Shown here piece by piece: positions 11,601-21,388 of a stretch of DNA of 64,000 nt. The position numbers were made by a program, and so were the translations under genes. The stretch is taken from IMG/VR virus record IMGVR_UViG_3300037419_000842; one strand, 5' to 3'. The stretch's first letter is position 1, and every line of letters begins with the position of its first letter. Source of the DNA: a virus. The notes under the pieces were generated by a model, which was not told where the DNA came from, made no database searches, and saw nothing but the letters and a program-made list of their open reading frames with translations.

Positions 11601-14576
11601 AGACCTATTAGGGTCTGTTGGATTGAATTTTCTTGGATCACCACTAAAATCGTATGGTTTTGCATTTGCAATCTGCTGACTTTTAGCGAGTTTCTTTCTT
11701 GCATCTGCAATATCCTGAAACATATCTCCAATTTCTTTTTTGGAAGTTTCAATTCTATAATTTCTTTCTGCTTCTACAAGAGCATCCATACTTTGACGCT
11801 CTTCATCAATTGCTTTTTTAGATTTTAAATGAGCTTCACCTTTTTCATTAATACTTTCTACAAGGTTTGGAAGCAGTTCTGCAAGATCACTAACTGTTTG
11901 GTTATACTTCTGTTGCTGTTCATCATCTGCAAAAGTTTTACCGCCATTAGTTTTATCTTCAAGTTCTCCATATGTTTTAATTAATTTTTCAACTGTTTCT
12001 CTATGAGTTGTCCAGCTTTCAACAATGGTTTCATTCCTCTTTTTCAGTTCTTCTGCTCTTTCTTTGGCTTTAGCCATTGCGTCTCCAATTTTTTGAAAAA
12101 TTGTTACAACTGCTGTCAGTGCAAGCATTGGTAAAAATGCAGTAAGTAATCCTCTTAGTCCAATTGCTAAACCTCTAACTGCCCAAGTTGCCGCATTAGC
12201 ACTTTTACCAGCGCCAAGTATTGCATTAGCTGTCGTTCTAGTGCTTACAGTCAATTTTCTGAGATTTGTATCAGATAGTTTCATCCAACTTATGAATGAC
12301 TTGCCAATATCCATATAAACTGTTCTTACAGCTTTTGAAAATACCAAAACTGCTGTGGTCGCAATCCCCAACACTACAGGAAGTCCGCCAGTAAAATCTA
12401 CGGCTTTTCCAATAACGCTAACAAGACTAGTTAGATCCACTATTGCATCTTGAATTCCCTGATCCTGAAATGTATCTTGAAATATACCTGTCCAAGCATT
12501 TTTTAATTTTTGAAGTTTCGCTTCAGTTCCTTGTTGATATAGATCAAATTTTCTTTGGGCAGTTCCAGCTTTATTAAGAGATTCAGAATAAAGGTCAATA
12601 GTTTGTGGATAACCTTGCATCAAGTTAAGGAAACGTGATTGTTGGTATGTTCCCGCGACAGTTGTCGCAATATATGCCTGAGTTCTTGAATCAAGTGTGT
12701 TCCACTTTGCTCCAAGTTCATCCATTACGTCTCCAAAATTTCTAAATGTATTATCAGCATTTACAAGGCTGATGCCTACAGTTGATAAAGCTTTTGCAAC
12801 ATCATTGATCTTGGTTCCATCAGTTTCGTCAAATCCGCCTTCTTTAAGGTTTTGTACACGTGCAAGTATCGTCTTGATAGAGTTACCAATCGTCTCAGCG
12901 CTCTCACGCGTCTTTGAAGACACGATAGCAATCCAGCTTGATACCTTCTCAAGACTGATTCCCAAGGCTCCTGCTGTACCGCCTACGCGTTGCATGGCCC
13001 TTCCAAGCTCGTCTGATCCAGTGGCAGTGGCATCTCCCATATATGAAAATACGTCTGCGGCATGTTCAGCAGTAACGCCCATTGAGTTTACAGTTGCAGT
13101 AAGAATTTCTGCTGATTCGTTAAAATCAAGATTAGAAATCTTAGCGTACTTAATTGCAGTTTGCATCTTGTCAACCATCTCAGCCTGAGTCAAGCCTTGA
13201 CGAGCAAATTCTACAGCACCTTTTGCTACTTCATCAGTAGCGATACCCATATCCATGGCCATGTCTCTAAGCTGTTTTGACAATCCACCAAGTTGAGTTT
13301 GCGATTCTCCATAAACGATAGACAACTGAGTAAGTGATTTGTTGAATTCGTTTACATATGCAACTCCATCAGTAAAGAAATGTAAGGTTTGATAGAATGC
13401 TGTCATACCAGCCATCCAGATAGGAATAGATTCCATAGCTTTAGCAAACTTCTGTCTAAAATCTAGATTTCTGTTTGCAGTACTTTTAAGCGTTTCACCA
13501 AGGATTCTTAACTCTCCAGTAGCTTCGTCAATTGAACCTTTGTATCTTGAGAATGTATTTTTACCAGTTTCAACATCTGCTGTAAATTTAATTAATTGTT
13601 GTTGAGTTTTAGGATCAATAACATTGGAAGTAATAGCTAATGAATCAGCTTTTACTGATCTCTTACCAATTAATTGAGACCCTGACAACTGAGACATTAC
13701 CTGATTTCTGATAGACTCTTGATTTCCACTGAAATTAAACCCTGTAACTTTTTGAGAATTACCTTTTAGTCCAAGTCTATTCAATCTGTTTTGTTCGTCT
13801 TCAAGCTTTTTAAATTCAGCAATAGTTCTCTGTATTCCATCAATTCTTTCTTTGAATTGTCTTTGTTCGTCATCACTCAATCTACCATTTGTTTTTTGAA
13901 TATTCTCAAGTTCATTTTGAACTTGTTGATACATTGTTTTTGCTTGATTAAGTTTATTTTGATCAAAAAATCCAACCTTTTTAAGATCAACATTATCTAT
14001 TCCTTTTTTAGTTGTATCAATAAAATCCTGCAAAGACTTTTTAGCTTGTTCAATATTATCAGTGACAGTTTTACCATCAGTTTTGAAAATGCTCCATTTT
14101 TGACGTTGCATTTCCTTTTGTCCAGTATCTGGATTCTCTACCATAACACGATTAATAAAAGTCTGCCATTTCATGCGTTCTTTGATCATTTCACCAGCGG
14201 CATTTTTATATGTAATAGTTGCGGATTTAATTCTATTATTTTGATCTACTTCTGTTTGCACAATAGCTTTATTGCCTGAACCAAGAGATTTATTAATTTC
14301 GTCTACTCTTTTTTGCAGTGACTTTAAGCCTTCATCACCATACGCTGATTGAGCAGACTTCTTCCCCATAGTTTTAATTTTCTCTTGTTGCTGATCAAGT
14401 TTCTTAGAAAACTTATCCATAATAACTTGTGCATCTTTAAGTCCGCTAGTGTCTACTTCAAGATGAAGTTTGATAATTTTCTTTTGTATTTGTTCAATTG
14501 CACTATTAATAGCCGCAACAGATTCTGGAACATTCAAATCCGCTGTAAGTAAGATTTTCATATCCGACATAAACAT
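8607..14576 (-). CDS. Tail tape measure protein (TP901-type core), 1989 aa
   Basis: Long helical protein with the TMP core (ATGSDELGRAMQR, ESAETIGNSIKTILAR, QQSRFLNLM); position between tail tube and Dit. Confidence 0.9.
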   Translation of the reverse strand: MFMSDMKILLTADLNVPESVAAINSAIEQIQKKIIKLHLEVDTSGLKDAQVIMDKFSKKLDQQQEKIKTMGKKSAQSAYGDEGLKSLQKRVDEINKSLGSGNKAIVQTEVDQNNRIKSATITYKNAAGEMIKERMKWQTFINRVMVENPDTGQKEMQRQKWSIFKTDGKTVTDNIEQAKKSLQDFIDTTKKGIDNVDLKKVGFFDQNKLNQAKTMYQQVQNELENIQKTNGRLSDDEQRQFKERIDGIQRTIAEFKKLEDEQNRLNRLGLKGNSQKVTGFNFSGNQESIRNQVMSQLSGSQLIGKRSVKADSLAITSNVIDPKTQQQLIKFTADVETGKNTFSRYKGSIDEATGELRILGETLKSTANRNLDFRQKFAKAMESIPIWMAGMTAFYQTLHFFTDGVAYVNEFNKSLTQLSIVYGESQTQLGGLSKQLRDMAMDMGIATDEVAKGAVEFARQGLTQAEMVDKMQTAIKYAKISNLDFNESAEILTATVNSMGVTAEHAADVFSYMGDATATGSDELGRAMQRVGGTAGALGISLEKVSSWIAIVSSKTRESAETIGNSIKTILARVQNLKEGGFDETDGTKINDVAKALSTVGISLVNADNTFRNFGDVMDELGAKWNTLDSRTQAYIATTVAGTYQQSRFLNLMQGYPQTIDLYSESLNKAGTAQRKFDLYQQGTEAKLQKLKNAWTGIFQDTFQDQGIQDAIVDLTSLVSVIGKAVDFTGGLPVVLGIATTAVLVFSKAVRTVYMDIGKSFISWMKLSDTNLRKLTVSTRTTANAILGAGKSANAATWAVRGLAIGLRGLLTAFLPMLALTAVVTIFQKIGDAMAKAKERAEELKKRNETIVESWTTHRETVEKLIKTYGELEDKTNGGKTFADDEQQQKYNQTVSDLAELLPNLVESINEKGEAHLKSKKAIDEERQSMDALVEAERNYRIETSKKEIGDMFQDIADARKKLAKSQQIANAKPYDFSGDPRKFNPTDPNRSDPERIAQYKVQVIVDQSSLADSINSVKDRFKQLVDDLDKSSDTQLGDALLKTVKGMVDKIDYSTEATANAGMARISSLIEQIQTFKKEMADDSFSRNGAVIQTALAGIKTLAHDLGVEDVDSFANSLLGLGGTATEASHNFKDFKTITDELISSYKDSADSLSDLNGLLHDYANNKTVSAQAAADLIAKDASLVDMFKIEHGQIKINVEAVKDKRDAELDAFDKIARARKEDLINSNQTLVAMLNMYGIQIHAIQTVADAEAAKNKVSEQTAKQLSTYSSLGADYVQQVTGEAANLDGFIDQIGELSQSATVLQKSLGSVGVDTTKPKKDKKDKTKKDIEAFDKLAEQYNRNLANIDKQIQSSEAALAGYVPTSQKYRNALTKEIGLLHDRQDLMHTEADRLRGLRDGYQKQLSAMGSFNKLSDEGKDKYNTLSQKIAELSDTIDGLGSSWLDTQGEINSKGLELSSSSIEQYNTRLTELQGSLALIQNKMSTYPEDSRQYREALISQIDIYKKMQKAVHDEAEEVRKQLKNTKLKDKDRKDLEDQLKGLSNQWWELAGSIASVNDALKDQVKQVADDVVQALKDAYEQQKQIVLDGIDAQIDAINKLHDAQMESLDKQSDAYEKLVNQKKASLQADQDARKYNQDLEKAQTNRQDLQNAINVAELDKTAAGQKKLAELKKQLADADLDIQNMQYDHSIELQQQSLDDQLDAEKERIQNLKDNAEYEITIKGKTEKRKYDIAIQELNDEKEAQTKYYDNIINDDRKWNTVREQIMSGHFENVQLMFSGFESFMKDHSETIAGYLQTNLIDKFADLKKEMEVINPTAVKTMNDLEQMKKNAEAWKNTTDKAKQSQLAAANQAIGKANGWYYDAGSGAWYTDSSKKTKLFHEGGVVGSGGAVNRTTSLVDKLMNTKPNEQVVKALEGELFSPADNIVNNFIPNMKSFAKSLQRPVVTSGNGDIIYNIDVNIEKVVGDKNAGKAVTSEIVNGVKKLGGKI

Positions 14577-14624
14577 ACCTCCTTAATTCCTTAAATATAA
14601 AGAAAGAGGGTTTTCACCCTCTTA

Positions 14625-15041
14625 TTAGTCTAGTTCTACTATATCGCAGAAACGATCATAGTCTGCCGCTTCCTGCCCTTTGAATGTTTTGTTTGTATTT
14701 AAAATAATATCCTGAATCGCTTTAAGCATATTTTCTTTGTCACCTGTTGGTTCAATAATAAATTCTTCAAGCATTAACTCAGTGTATTCTTTTTGGAATC
14801 CTTCTATATCCTTAAGTTTGAAAACAGTTGAACCATCTTCTTTAGCCTCTGTTTGCGGTTCACCATTTTCATCTTTGTATGAAAATTGTTTGATAAGCTC
14901 TTGTCTTTCTTCTTCAATTTGATTAAGGTGTGCGCTTACCAGTTTTAAAAATCTACTTCTCATACGAGAATGCTTCGCATTAACCTCTTCGTTGGTCAAA
15001 AAAATAACAAAATTTTCAATTTCATAATTATACATTTTCAT
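14625..15041 (-). CDS. Hypothetical phage protein (DUF1617-like)
   Basis: 138 aa acidic helical protein with the SRMRSRFLKL...KDENGEP pattern; family call is by resemblance only. Confidence 0.45.
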   Translation of the reverse strand: MKMYNYEIENFVIFLTNEEVNAKHSRMRSRFLKLVSAHLNQIEEERQELIKQFSYKDENGEPQTEAKEDGSTVFKLKDIEGFQKEYTELMLEEFIIEPTGDKENMLKAIQDIILNTNKTFKGQEAADYDRFCDIVELD

Positions 15042-15081
15042 ATAAAAATCCCCTTTTTTTCATTTTTATTTTATAAGATAC

Positions 15082-15588
15082 TTATTTAACTTTTAATCCT
15101 CTTGATTGCAATTTTAATTTCAAGTCTCTTTTGAAAGTTCTAAAAATAAAACTTTCTGCATTAGTAAAATACGGTCTAGGTTTTGTCCAATAACCGTCTC
15201 CAAATATCTTTCCGCTTCTACCATCATTAATAACTCTTGGAAGATAATAAGAATATTCTTGTGGAAAGTATCCCTTGACTGTACTATGATGCTGGCCCAT
15301 ATAATTATTTCCCTTATATGGTGCGACTGGCTTCATCATCATTGGGTCATGATAAATTTCAGCATTAGTAAAGCCTCCAACTTGATAAACATCACTTTTG
15401 ACACTCTTTCTTAATTCGCCAGTTCTTTTATATGTAGATGGCGTTCCAGCGTCGTAAACATCAGACTCAATATAATCCTTAACAGTTTGTTCAGCATCTT
15501 TTGCTATGCTCTTCATTGCCGATAAAATATACTGATTCAACACTGTCTCCAAATCTTTGTCATTTTTAATTGTCTTCTTAAAAGCCAT
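15082..15588 (-). CDS. Tail completion/neck protein (HK97 gp10-like); start re-called at 15588
   Basis: RBS GGGGAG before ATG GCT TTT; YKRTGELRKS and PRPYF motifs. Confidence 0.55.
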   Translation of the reverse strand: MAFKKTIKNDKDLETVLNQYILSAMKSIAKDAEQTVKDYIESDVYDAGTPSTYKRTGELRKSVKSDVYQVGGFTNAEIYHDPMMMKPVAPYKGNNYMGQHHSTVKGYFPQEYSYYLPRVINDGRSGKIFGDGYWTKPRPYFTNAESFIFRTFKRDLKLKLQSRGLKVK

Positions 15589-15610
15589 TACTACCAACTC
15601 CCCTTGGAGT

Positions 15611-16090
15611 TTATTCGATTCCCAAAGCTTCCTGCCTGTCTTGAATCTCTTTTTGAATTTCATCTAATCTTTGTGCCAATTCGTCAGCCATAGCATCTCT
15701 TTCTTTTAGTGTTTCGGTCATTTTATTGAAAACGCTTTCAATTTGTTCCTGCGGAAAACAAGATACGATTCCTCCGAGCAAATCTTGATCAATAAGCATA
15801 CGCAAAAAAGCCACTTGCTCATTTACATTCTCTGGAACATCAATGTTCGTAAAATGCTTAATAAGCAACATAACACCATAAGGTATAAAGATTGACTTCA
15901 AATCAATTCCTTGTTTCTCTGCATCCTGCATTTTAACGAGCATTTCTGCAATCAGGTCCATAATCTTAGATTCTTTAAAAAACTTATCAACTTTAAATGT
16001 GTAGTTTTTAACTTCAGCAGTTAATTGTTCACTAAGATTCTTGTCTTCCTTTTTTACATTAGCATACGACAGATTTTTCTTTCTTGCCAT
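15611..16090 (-). CDS. Putative tail assembly chaperone
   Basis: 159 aa helical protein downstream of the tail tube gene; assignment is positional only. Confidence 0.4.
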   Translation of the reverse strand: MARKKNLSYANVKKEDKNLSEQLTAEVKNYTFKVDKFFKESKIMDLIAEMLVKMQDAEKQGIDLKSIFIPYGVMLLIKHFTNIDVPENVNEQVAFLRMLIDQDLLGGIVSCFPQEQIESVFNKMTETLKERDAMADELAQRLDEIQKEIQDRQEALGIE

Positions 16091-16218
16091 AACTATTCAT
16101 CCCCTTTTATACATATATTAATTTTATACTGCATTTATACCCTTAAAACAAAAATAGAGATAGAGCAATTTACTCTATCCCTATTCTATACCATATTCTA
16201 TTTTTTGTCAAGTATAAA

Positions 16219-16965
16219 TTAATACTTGATAAGAGAAATCATTTCTGGCGAATCGTCTGTACGGAATACCGTAAGATTCATGTCAAACACAGTAGGATCA
16301 CCGTCAGCTTGGAACGTCAGTGTGAAGTTAGGCTGAACTTTTGCCTTGTTAATAACGAATTGGAACGGCTCGTCAACACCAGTCTCAGAGTTACGAATCA
16401 GCGTGTCACCAACAACCTTAACGTAACTTGGGAACTTGTCAGCGGAAATCGTGATTTTCTGAGCAGTAGCATCAGTCGTGAACTGGTAATAAACAACAAC
16501 TGTAGCTCCTACAGGAATATTGGTATTCGTAAACTCAATTACGCTACCAGTTTTGCTTACTGGAGTAATTTCAGTAATTTCATCGTCCTTGTATGTATAC
16601 ACAGTTCCTGTAAGGAATGTTTCAGAAGTTGTTACCTTTGTTTGACCAGCAGTAGTAGAAACAATAGCAACCAGTTTTTCACGCTTGTAAGCTGTTTGAG
16701 CGCCAGTAACCATTTCGTTGCCTGTCATCAGAGCGATAGATTTAGGACTCATAAGAGCATCTTGCATCGTTACATTAGCTTCACGGTTGAAGTCCCATTC
16801 CAGAAGTTTAGGATTACCCTTACCGCCACGTGCCGCAGAGTTTTCAGCCGTATTTTCAATTGTAGATACCTTTAGAGTATCAAGGAAAAGAATAGGTTTG
16901 CCAGTGGAAAGATCATATACTGTAACATCTGCAACTTCTTTTACACCATATTTATTCAGTGCCAT
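16219..16965 (-). CDS. Major tail (tube) protein
   Basis: GVKEVADV...GGKGNPKLLEWD...QDAL and FQADGDPTVFDMNL motifs of SPbeta-like tail tubes. Confidence 0.75.
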   Translation of the reverse strand: MALNKYGVKEVADVTVYDLSTGKPILFLDTLKVSTIENTAENSAARGGKGNPKLLEWDFNREANVTMQDALMSPKSIALMTGNEMVTGAQTAYKREKLVAIVSTTAGQTKVTTSETFLTGTVYTYKDDEITEITPVSKTGSVIEFTNTNIPVGATVVVYYQFTTDATAQKITISADKFPSYVKVVGDTLIRNSETGVDEPFQFVINKAKVQPNFTLTFQADGDPTVFDMNLTVFRTDDSPEMISLIKY

Positions 16966-17016
16966 TTAAAAATCCCCCTTAAAAATTTAATTATATCAAT
17001 AGGAAAACCTATTAAT

Positions 17017-17781
17017 TTATTCTTCCATCTTAGATGACCAATGCTTAAGATTATCAATCTTTGCTCCTTGAATCATAGCTAAGATATTTGTCTCATAACC
17101 AGAAATCATTTCAAGTCTTTTGTATTCATCATAAACCTGATAAATCGTTGCATCCCAAATCGTATGCTTGTTGTATGTATTGCTTTTTGTACTAACAGCA
17201 CTGAGTATGTCAGCAAAGTCTATATCTTCTGAATTCTTAGCCTTTGCTTTTGCAACTTCCTTCTTAGACTTTTTCATTTTTTCTGCTATTTGTCTTGCTT
17301 TATCACTCATTTTAGATAAAGCTTCTTCCTCTTCAGATTTTGATTTTGAACTAGTAACAACACAATTTTGATGTTTTACAATTTCAACTATTGAATCAAA
17401 ATTACCTGAATTGACTTTTCTAGCTTTATCCAAATCTTGAGTGCCAAAAATTAAACTACCATCGAAGAACGATACGTCTTCCTTGTTTTCTCTTAAAAAG
17501 AAACACAAGGAGCTAATTAAAGCATCTACAAGTAATTCATTACCAGAGAATAGCATTATATCGAAAACTGTAAGTTCTCTTATTTCAGGCAAGTCTTCTT
17601 TAATCAAATCTTCCTTTGTAAGTAAGAGAACTCCAAGGTGCCTATTGTAATTAACATAACCTTCATCCTTAACTTCTCTAGTTGTTAAAGGATAAATATT
17701 TAAATAACCTGTACTAAGGAAATCACCACAAAGTAGTCTAAGTCTTAAGTCAATGCTGTCTATATTCTGGATATCAAACAT
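17017..17781 (-). CDS. SPbeta-like tail morphogenesis protein (YomV-like)
   Basis: 254 aa; IWDATIYQVYDEYKRL motif; syntenic position. Confidence 0.5.
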   Translation of the reverse strand: MFDIQNIDSIDLRLRLLCGDFLSTGYLNIYPLTTREVKDEGYVNYNRHLGVLLLTKEDLIKEDLPEIRELTVFDIMLFSGNELLVDALISSLCFFLRENKEDVSFFDGSLIFGTQDLDKARKVNSGNFDSIVEIVKHQNCVVTSSKSKSEEEEALSKMSDKARQIAEKMKKSKKEVAKAKAKNSEDIDFADILSAVSTKSNTYNKHTIWDATIYQVYDEYKRLEMISGYETNILAMIQGAKIDNLKHWSSKMEE

Positions 17782-18274
17782 TTTTCATCCCACCAAACAC
17801 AGCCATACTTGCCTGCAATCTGATAGCATCAAACCTCTCATCCACATTCATATGAATGAAATTTTCAAAATGAAGTTTGCCAAGGGTACCAATACTCTGC
17901 CCGCCAAAATGTTTGACGAGATGATGCATGATCATATAAGGTCTTATGGAAGATTTTCCATCGTTGACAAGCCACAATCCTTTTGCAACTATAATATCAA
18001 AGAACAGAGATGTTTGAGCAATCTCTTGACTACCATCAAAAATTCCATCGGGATAGTAAACTCTAATCTCTGAGCAATCAGAAAGGGTAGAGTTTGGAAG
18101 GAATGGATATGGAAAAACTTTTGTCATAATAAGATTGGTTGCAGGAATTGCAACGTCAGGCTGAGACAAAGGATTTTTTAAATCATAAGTCAAATATTTT
18201 ACAATCTCTTTAACCTTAACAATTTCTTGCAGGATTAAAGGCAAGTTATCTGCTATTAATTCAATGTTTACCAT
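17774..18274 (-). CDS. Putative tail terminator
   Basis: 166 aa, syntenic between head closure and tail tube. Confidence 0.45.
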   Translation of the reverse strand: MVNIELIADNLPLILQEIVKVKEIVKYLTYDLKNPLSQPDVAIPATNLIMTKVFPYPFLPNSTLSDCSEIRVYYPDGIFDGSQEIAQTSLFFDIIVAKGLWLVNDGKSSIRPYMIMHHLVKHFGGQSIGTLGKLHFENFIHMNVDERFDAIRLQASMAVFGGMKNV

Positions 18275-18966
18275 GGCTGACTACCTCCACTTCCCCCTGT
18301 ATTTGGTTTGATAACTTGTGAGTTATCAGCAACCTTGTTAACAAAATCATCTAAAGGACTTTTTGTTGTGAGTCTAAGAGAAAATCTAATTAGTCCAGAA
18401 CCATTTATAACATCAGTCACATCGTCCATACCTTTAATCTGATAGACTTGGCTTCCAATTATAAATCTTTGTGTTGCAACTATTGTCTTTGTGAATGAAT
18501 TATATTGAACATAAGCTCTAAGTTCACCCTCAAGAGTATTCATTTCAATTCTGTCAGCATCATCAATACCAAAACTAGTGCCTCCACTGGCAATAACTGC
18601 TTTATACTCTTTTATGGTTCCTGTAGAGTCTTTCCATTTCAGCGATTCATTACAACGCTGTGCAACAGCTTTTGGATAAACTTCATGATTTTTAACTGAG
18701 AAAACCAACCAGTTAACACCATTGAAGATTATAAAGTCTCCAACATTTGATAGAGTTAGTGGCCTATAAAGCAAGCTCAACTCTTTCGAATCATCGCTGA
18801 TATTTATTCTTGCTTCTTTATTAACACCATTTAGTGTTACAGTTCCATAAGAAGGACTGTCTGCAAATGTGCTGTTAACTAGTGAGATGCTAGATTTTGT
18901 AACACTGTCCTCGATATTCTGTCCACCAGCCTGAACTCTCTTTTTGTAGTCATCAAAATATGTCAT
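18268..18966 (-). CDS. Putative head-closure protein; start re-called at 18966
   Basis: MTYFDDYKKR start; CNESLKW and QRFIIG motifs; syntenic. Confidence 0.5.
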   Translation of the reverse strand: MTYFDDYKKRVQAGGQNIEDSVTKSSISLVNSTFADSPSYGTVTLNGVNKEARINISDDSKELSLLYRPLTLSNVGDFIIFNGVNWLVFSVKNHEVYPKAVAQRCNESLKWKDSTGTIKEYKAVIASGGTSFGIDDADRIEMNTLEGELRAYVQYNSFTKTIVATQRFIIGSQVYQIKGMDDVTDVINGSGLIRFSLRLTTKSPLDDFVNKVADNSQVIKPNTGGSGGSQPW

Positions 18967-18967
18967 A

Positions 18968-19297
18968 TTATTCACCACTTTCAACAGTGGGCTTTAACTT
19001 TTTTGCAATGTCGATACACTTAAATACTTCTTTCTTAATAAAATCTTTGTCAGAGTCAAACATGATAGAATCATTAGAAATTGATTCTAATGTTGCTATT
19101 AGAATAAGAATGTCAGGATTGTCATTTAAAGATTCGATTACCCAAATCAAACCATCAAATTCATAAATTAGCGACTGAATATATCTAAATAGTCCATCAT
19201 TTTTTTCTTCATAGAGCGGCAATATTTTGTAAAGTCTATCTACCAAGGACGATGAATAATTTATAAATATCTTACTGTTCTCAGTAATCTTCTTCAT
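18968..19297 (-). CDS. Hypothetical head-tail region protein
   Basis: 109 aa ORF coupled to its neighbours. Confidence 0.55.
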   Translation of the reverse strand: MKKITENSKIFINYSSSLVDRLYKILPLYEEKNDGLFRYIQSLIYEFDGLIWVIESLNDNPDILILIATLESISNDSIMFDSDKDFIKKEVFKCIDIAKKLKPTVESGE

Positions 19298-19722
19298 ACA
19301 AAGCCGTCCAGATTGAACTTGTAGTATGAATACTTAGTCATTAATCTTTCTGATTCAGCCTGCATTGTTTTATACAGTGTAATCAGCTTATCTATTTGAT
19401 TTGCTTGTGAATAAATCTTATAATCAGGGTCTGACATAGCGATTCTATACAATTCGCTTGTAACAACCTTTGGCCTTAAGTATTCTACTACCATAAGAGC
19501 GCCTAAAATATCTTTTTCTTTATCTGACAATGTTTTATTAAAAATTTTAGTAGTATCATTTCTATCGCTTAAATCGTTTTTGCAATTATCAAATTTGGTA
19601 ATTGCAGTCTTCATATATACAAGCAAGGTAGTTTCCAAATCTACCTGTGACAGATTCAAAAATGAATAATCTGTAATCTTGCTCAAGAAGTAACTATAAA
19701 CATCACTGTAAGGGGTACTCAT
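19294..19722 (-). CDS. Head-tail adaptor protein
   Basis: 142 aa; MSTPYSDVYSYFLSKITDY N-terminus typical of SPbeta-like adaptors. Confidence 0.6.
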   Translation of the reverse strand: MSTPYSDVYSYFLSKITDYSFLNLSQVDLETTLLVYMKTAITKFDNCKNDLSDRNDTTKIFNKTLSDKEKDILGALMVVEYLRPKVVTSELYRIAMSDPDYKIYSQANQIDKLITLYKTMQAESERLMTKYSYYKFNLDGFV

Positions 19723-19736
19723 AATGTTACCTCCTT

Positions 19737-20273
19737 TTAACTGAAATCAGCTTGTAATTCCTGTTCAAGCAATTTAATAGTACGATTGCTATCAAGCGTT
19801 CCGTCCAAGATCATATCTTTAACTTTATCTTTAAGAATTTCTTTTGCTCCATTTGGAAGAGTTTGAATAGTGCTAGAGATATTTGCCGCTCCACTTTGTA
19901 GGAATGCTTCAACATCTTCAATTTTCAAGAAGTCGTTATAAACCTTTCTAAGTCCAAGATAATCAACAACATCTTCATCTTCAATAATAATCCAAGGCTG
20001 GGTCAAGAAACGTGGCTGAGATGCTTTCATAGTAAGAAGCTCTCCAACAGTAAGCCATTCTGACACTCCATAGTCATCCCAATCAACGTGATAACCATTT
20101 CTATTGATGTAAGTCAATGTGCCAGTTCTTACACTACGACATTCAACTTCCATATCTCTCTCAATAGTTTTCTTTTTTGGTGGAGCAGACTTTACTACCT
20201 TTACTTCTTCTTCATTTTCTCCAGAAGCTACAGCCTCTACAACTTCTTCTTCTTTCTTCTTTCCGTATGCCAT
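19737..20273 (-). CDS. Capsid-region protein (YonA-like)
   Basis: 178 aa directly downstream of the major capsid gene. Confidence 0.5.
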   Translation of the reverse strand: MAYGKKKEEEVVEAVASGENEEEVKVVKSAPPKKKTIERDMEVECRSVRTGTLTYINRNGYHVDWDDYGVSEWLTVGELLTMKASQPRFLTQPWIIIEDEDVVDYLGLRKVYNDFLKIEDVEAFLQSGAANISSTIQTLPNGAKEILKDKVKDMILDGTLDSNRTIKLLEQELQADFS

Positions 20274-20308
20274 TTTACATATCCCCTTTTTCTCATTTAA
20301 ATTTAAAT

Positions 20309-20334
20309 AAAGGGATAGCCGAAACTATCCCTTT
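20309..20334 (-). terminator. Intrinsic terminator after the major capsid gene
   Basis: Hairpin AAAGGGATAG-loop-CTATCCCTTT. Confidence 0.6.
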
Positions 20335-20347
20335 TCTGTTATTAAAA

Positions 20348-21355
20348 TTAAGACAGCGTGTAAACACCATAAGCATTGTTGAATTGTACAGCCAAACCAT
20401 ACATCGTTTGGAACGTGTATTCCATGCTTTGATCCATGTTCTTGCTACCGTCAGAGTTTTCTTGGATGATAGATTGACCTTCACGAACAACTTTAACAGG
20501 CTTGCTGTTAGAAGGAAGTACGAAGAGTTTAGTATCATCAAGAGCAAACGTGAACGTGTTAGGCAGATGAACTTGTTGCAGTTCAAGCAAAGGAATACCA
20601 TTATAGACATTCAGAAGTCCGCTTTGGTTGATTTGGTCTTTCATGTTCTCACTCACCAAGAAGGATTGCGAAGAGTAAGCACCGTTGATTTTCTTCAGAG
20701 CGTTACGAGTACCAGCAACTACCAGTGGAGCGTAGTTGTTTGCTACAGATACGTGCTGAACCAGATCATCAAGGTTAACGTCCGTGAAAGAACCAGTTTT
20801 CTTGAATTCAGCAGGCAGATATGTAGTAGCACCAATAAAAGCGTTCATAATGTCAGTGTACATTTGCAGACGCATAGCTTCGTCGATTTTACGAACCAGA
20901 CCAGCCCAGTCTACGCGACCAGCAAGGAAACGCAGGAAATCAGTGTAAACCTTAGCACCATACCACGAAGTAGTAACGCTGAAGCTATCACCAATATTCA
21001 GTTTTTGTCTACGAAGATCATAGTGACCGCCAGCAATTTTGCTGATTGTCAGAACAGAACGATCTTCTACGTAGAATTCATTCTTGTCGCCAAGATTAAG
21101 ATCACGATATTCAACGAATTGTTCGAAGAATGGGCTTTGCGTAACGCCACTTGTAATCAGATTGTCAAGAGCAACTTCCATGATTTCAAAAATTTCATTT
21201 TTAAACTTACGGAACGTGCGGAAATCAGGCTTGTCAGTACCCATCAGTTCAACAAACTCTTTACGGATAGATTCCGAAGCTTGATGAGCAGAGAAATTAA
21301 GTACATTGCCTTTTACAGTATCAATAGCCAATTTAATAAGAGCAGCTTTTTCCAT
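20348..21355 (-). CDS. Major capsid protein
   Basis: 335 aa after the scaffold and decoration genes; VEYRDLNLGDKNEF and DQSMEY motifs as in SPbeta YonB-like capsids. Confidence 0.8.
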   Translation of the reverse strand: MEKAALIKLAIDTVKGNVLNFSAHQASESIRKEFVELMGTDKPDFRTFRKFKNEIFEIMEVALDNLITSGVTQSPFFEQFVEYRDLNLGDKNEFYVEDRSVLTISKIAGGHYDLRRQKLNIGDSFSVTTSWYGAKVYTDFLRFLAGRVDWAGLVRKIDEAMRLQMYTDIMNAFIGATTYLPAEFKKTGSFTDVNLDDLVQHVSVANNYAPLVVAGTRNALKKINGAYSSQSFLVSENMKDQINQSGLLNVYNGIPLLELQQVHLPNTFTFALDDTKLFVLPSNSKPVKVVREGQSIIQENSDGSKNMDQSMEYTFQTMYGLAVQFNNAYGVYTLS

Positions 21356-21388
21356 TTTTTTCTTACCTCCTATGTATAAAATTTAATA

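Noticed and set aside
8607-14576. Lytic transglycosylase/M23 domain in the tape measure, as in SPbeta CwlP
   Set aside because: I could not recognise the catalytic motifs by eye; an HMM scan is needed before claiming presence or absence.
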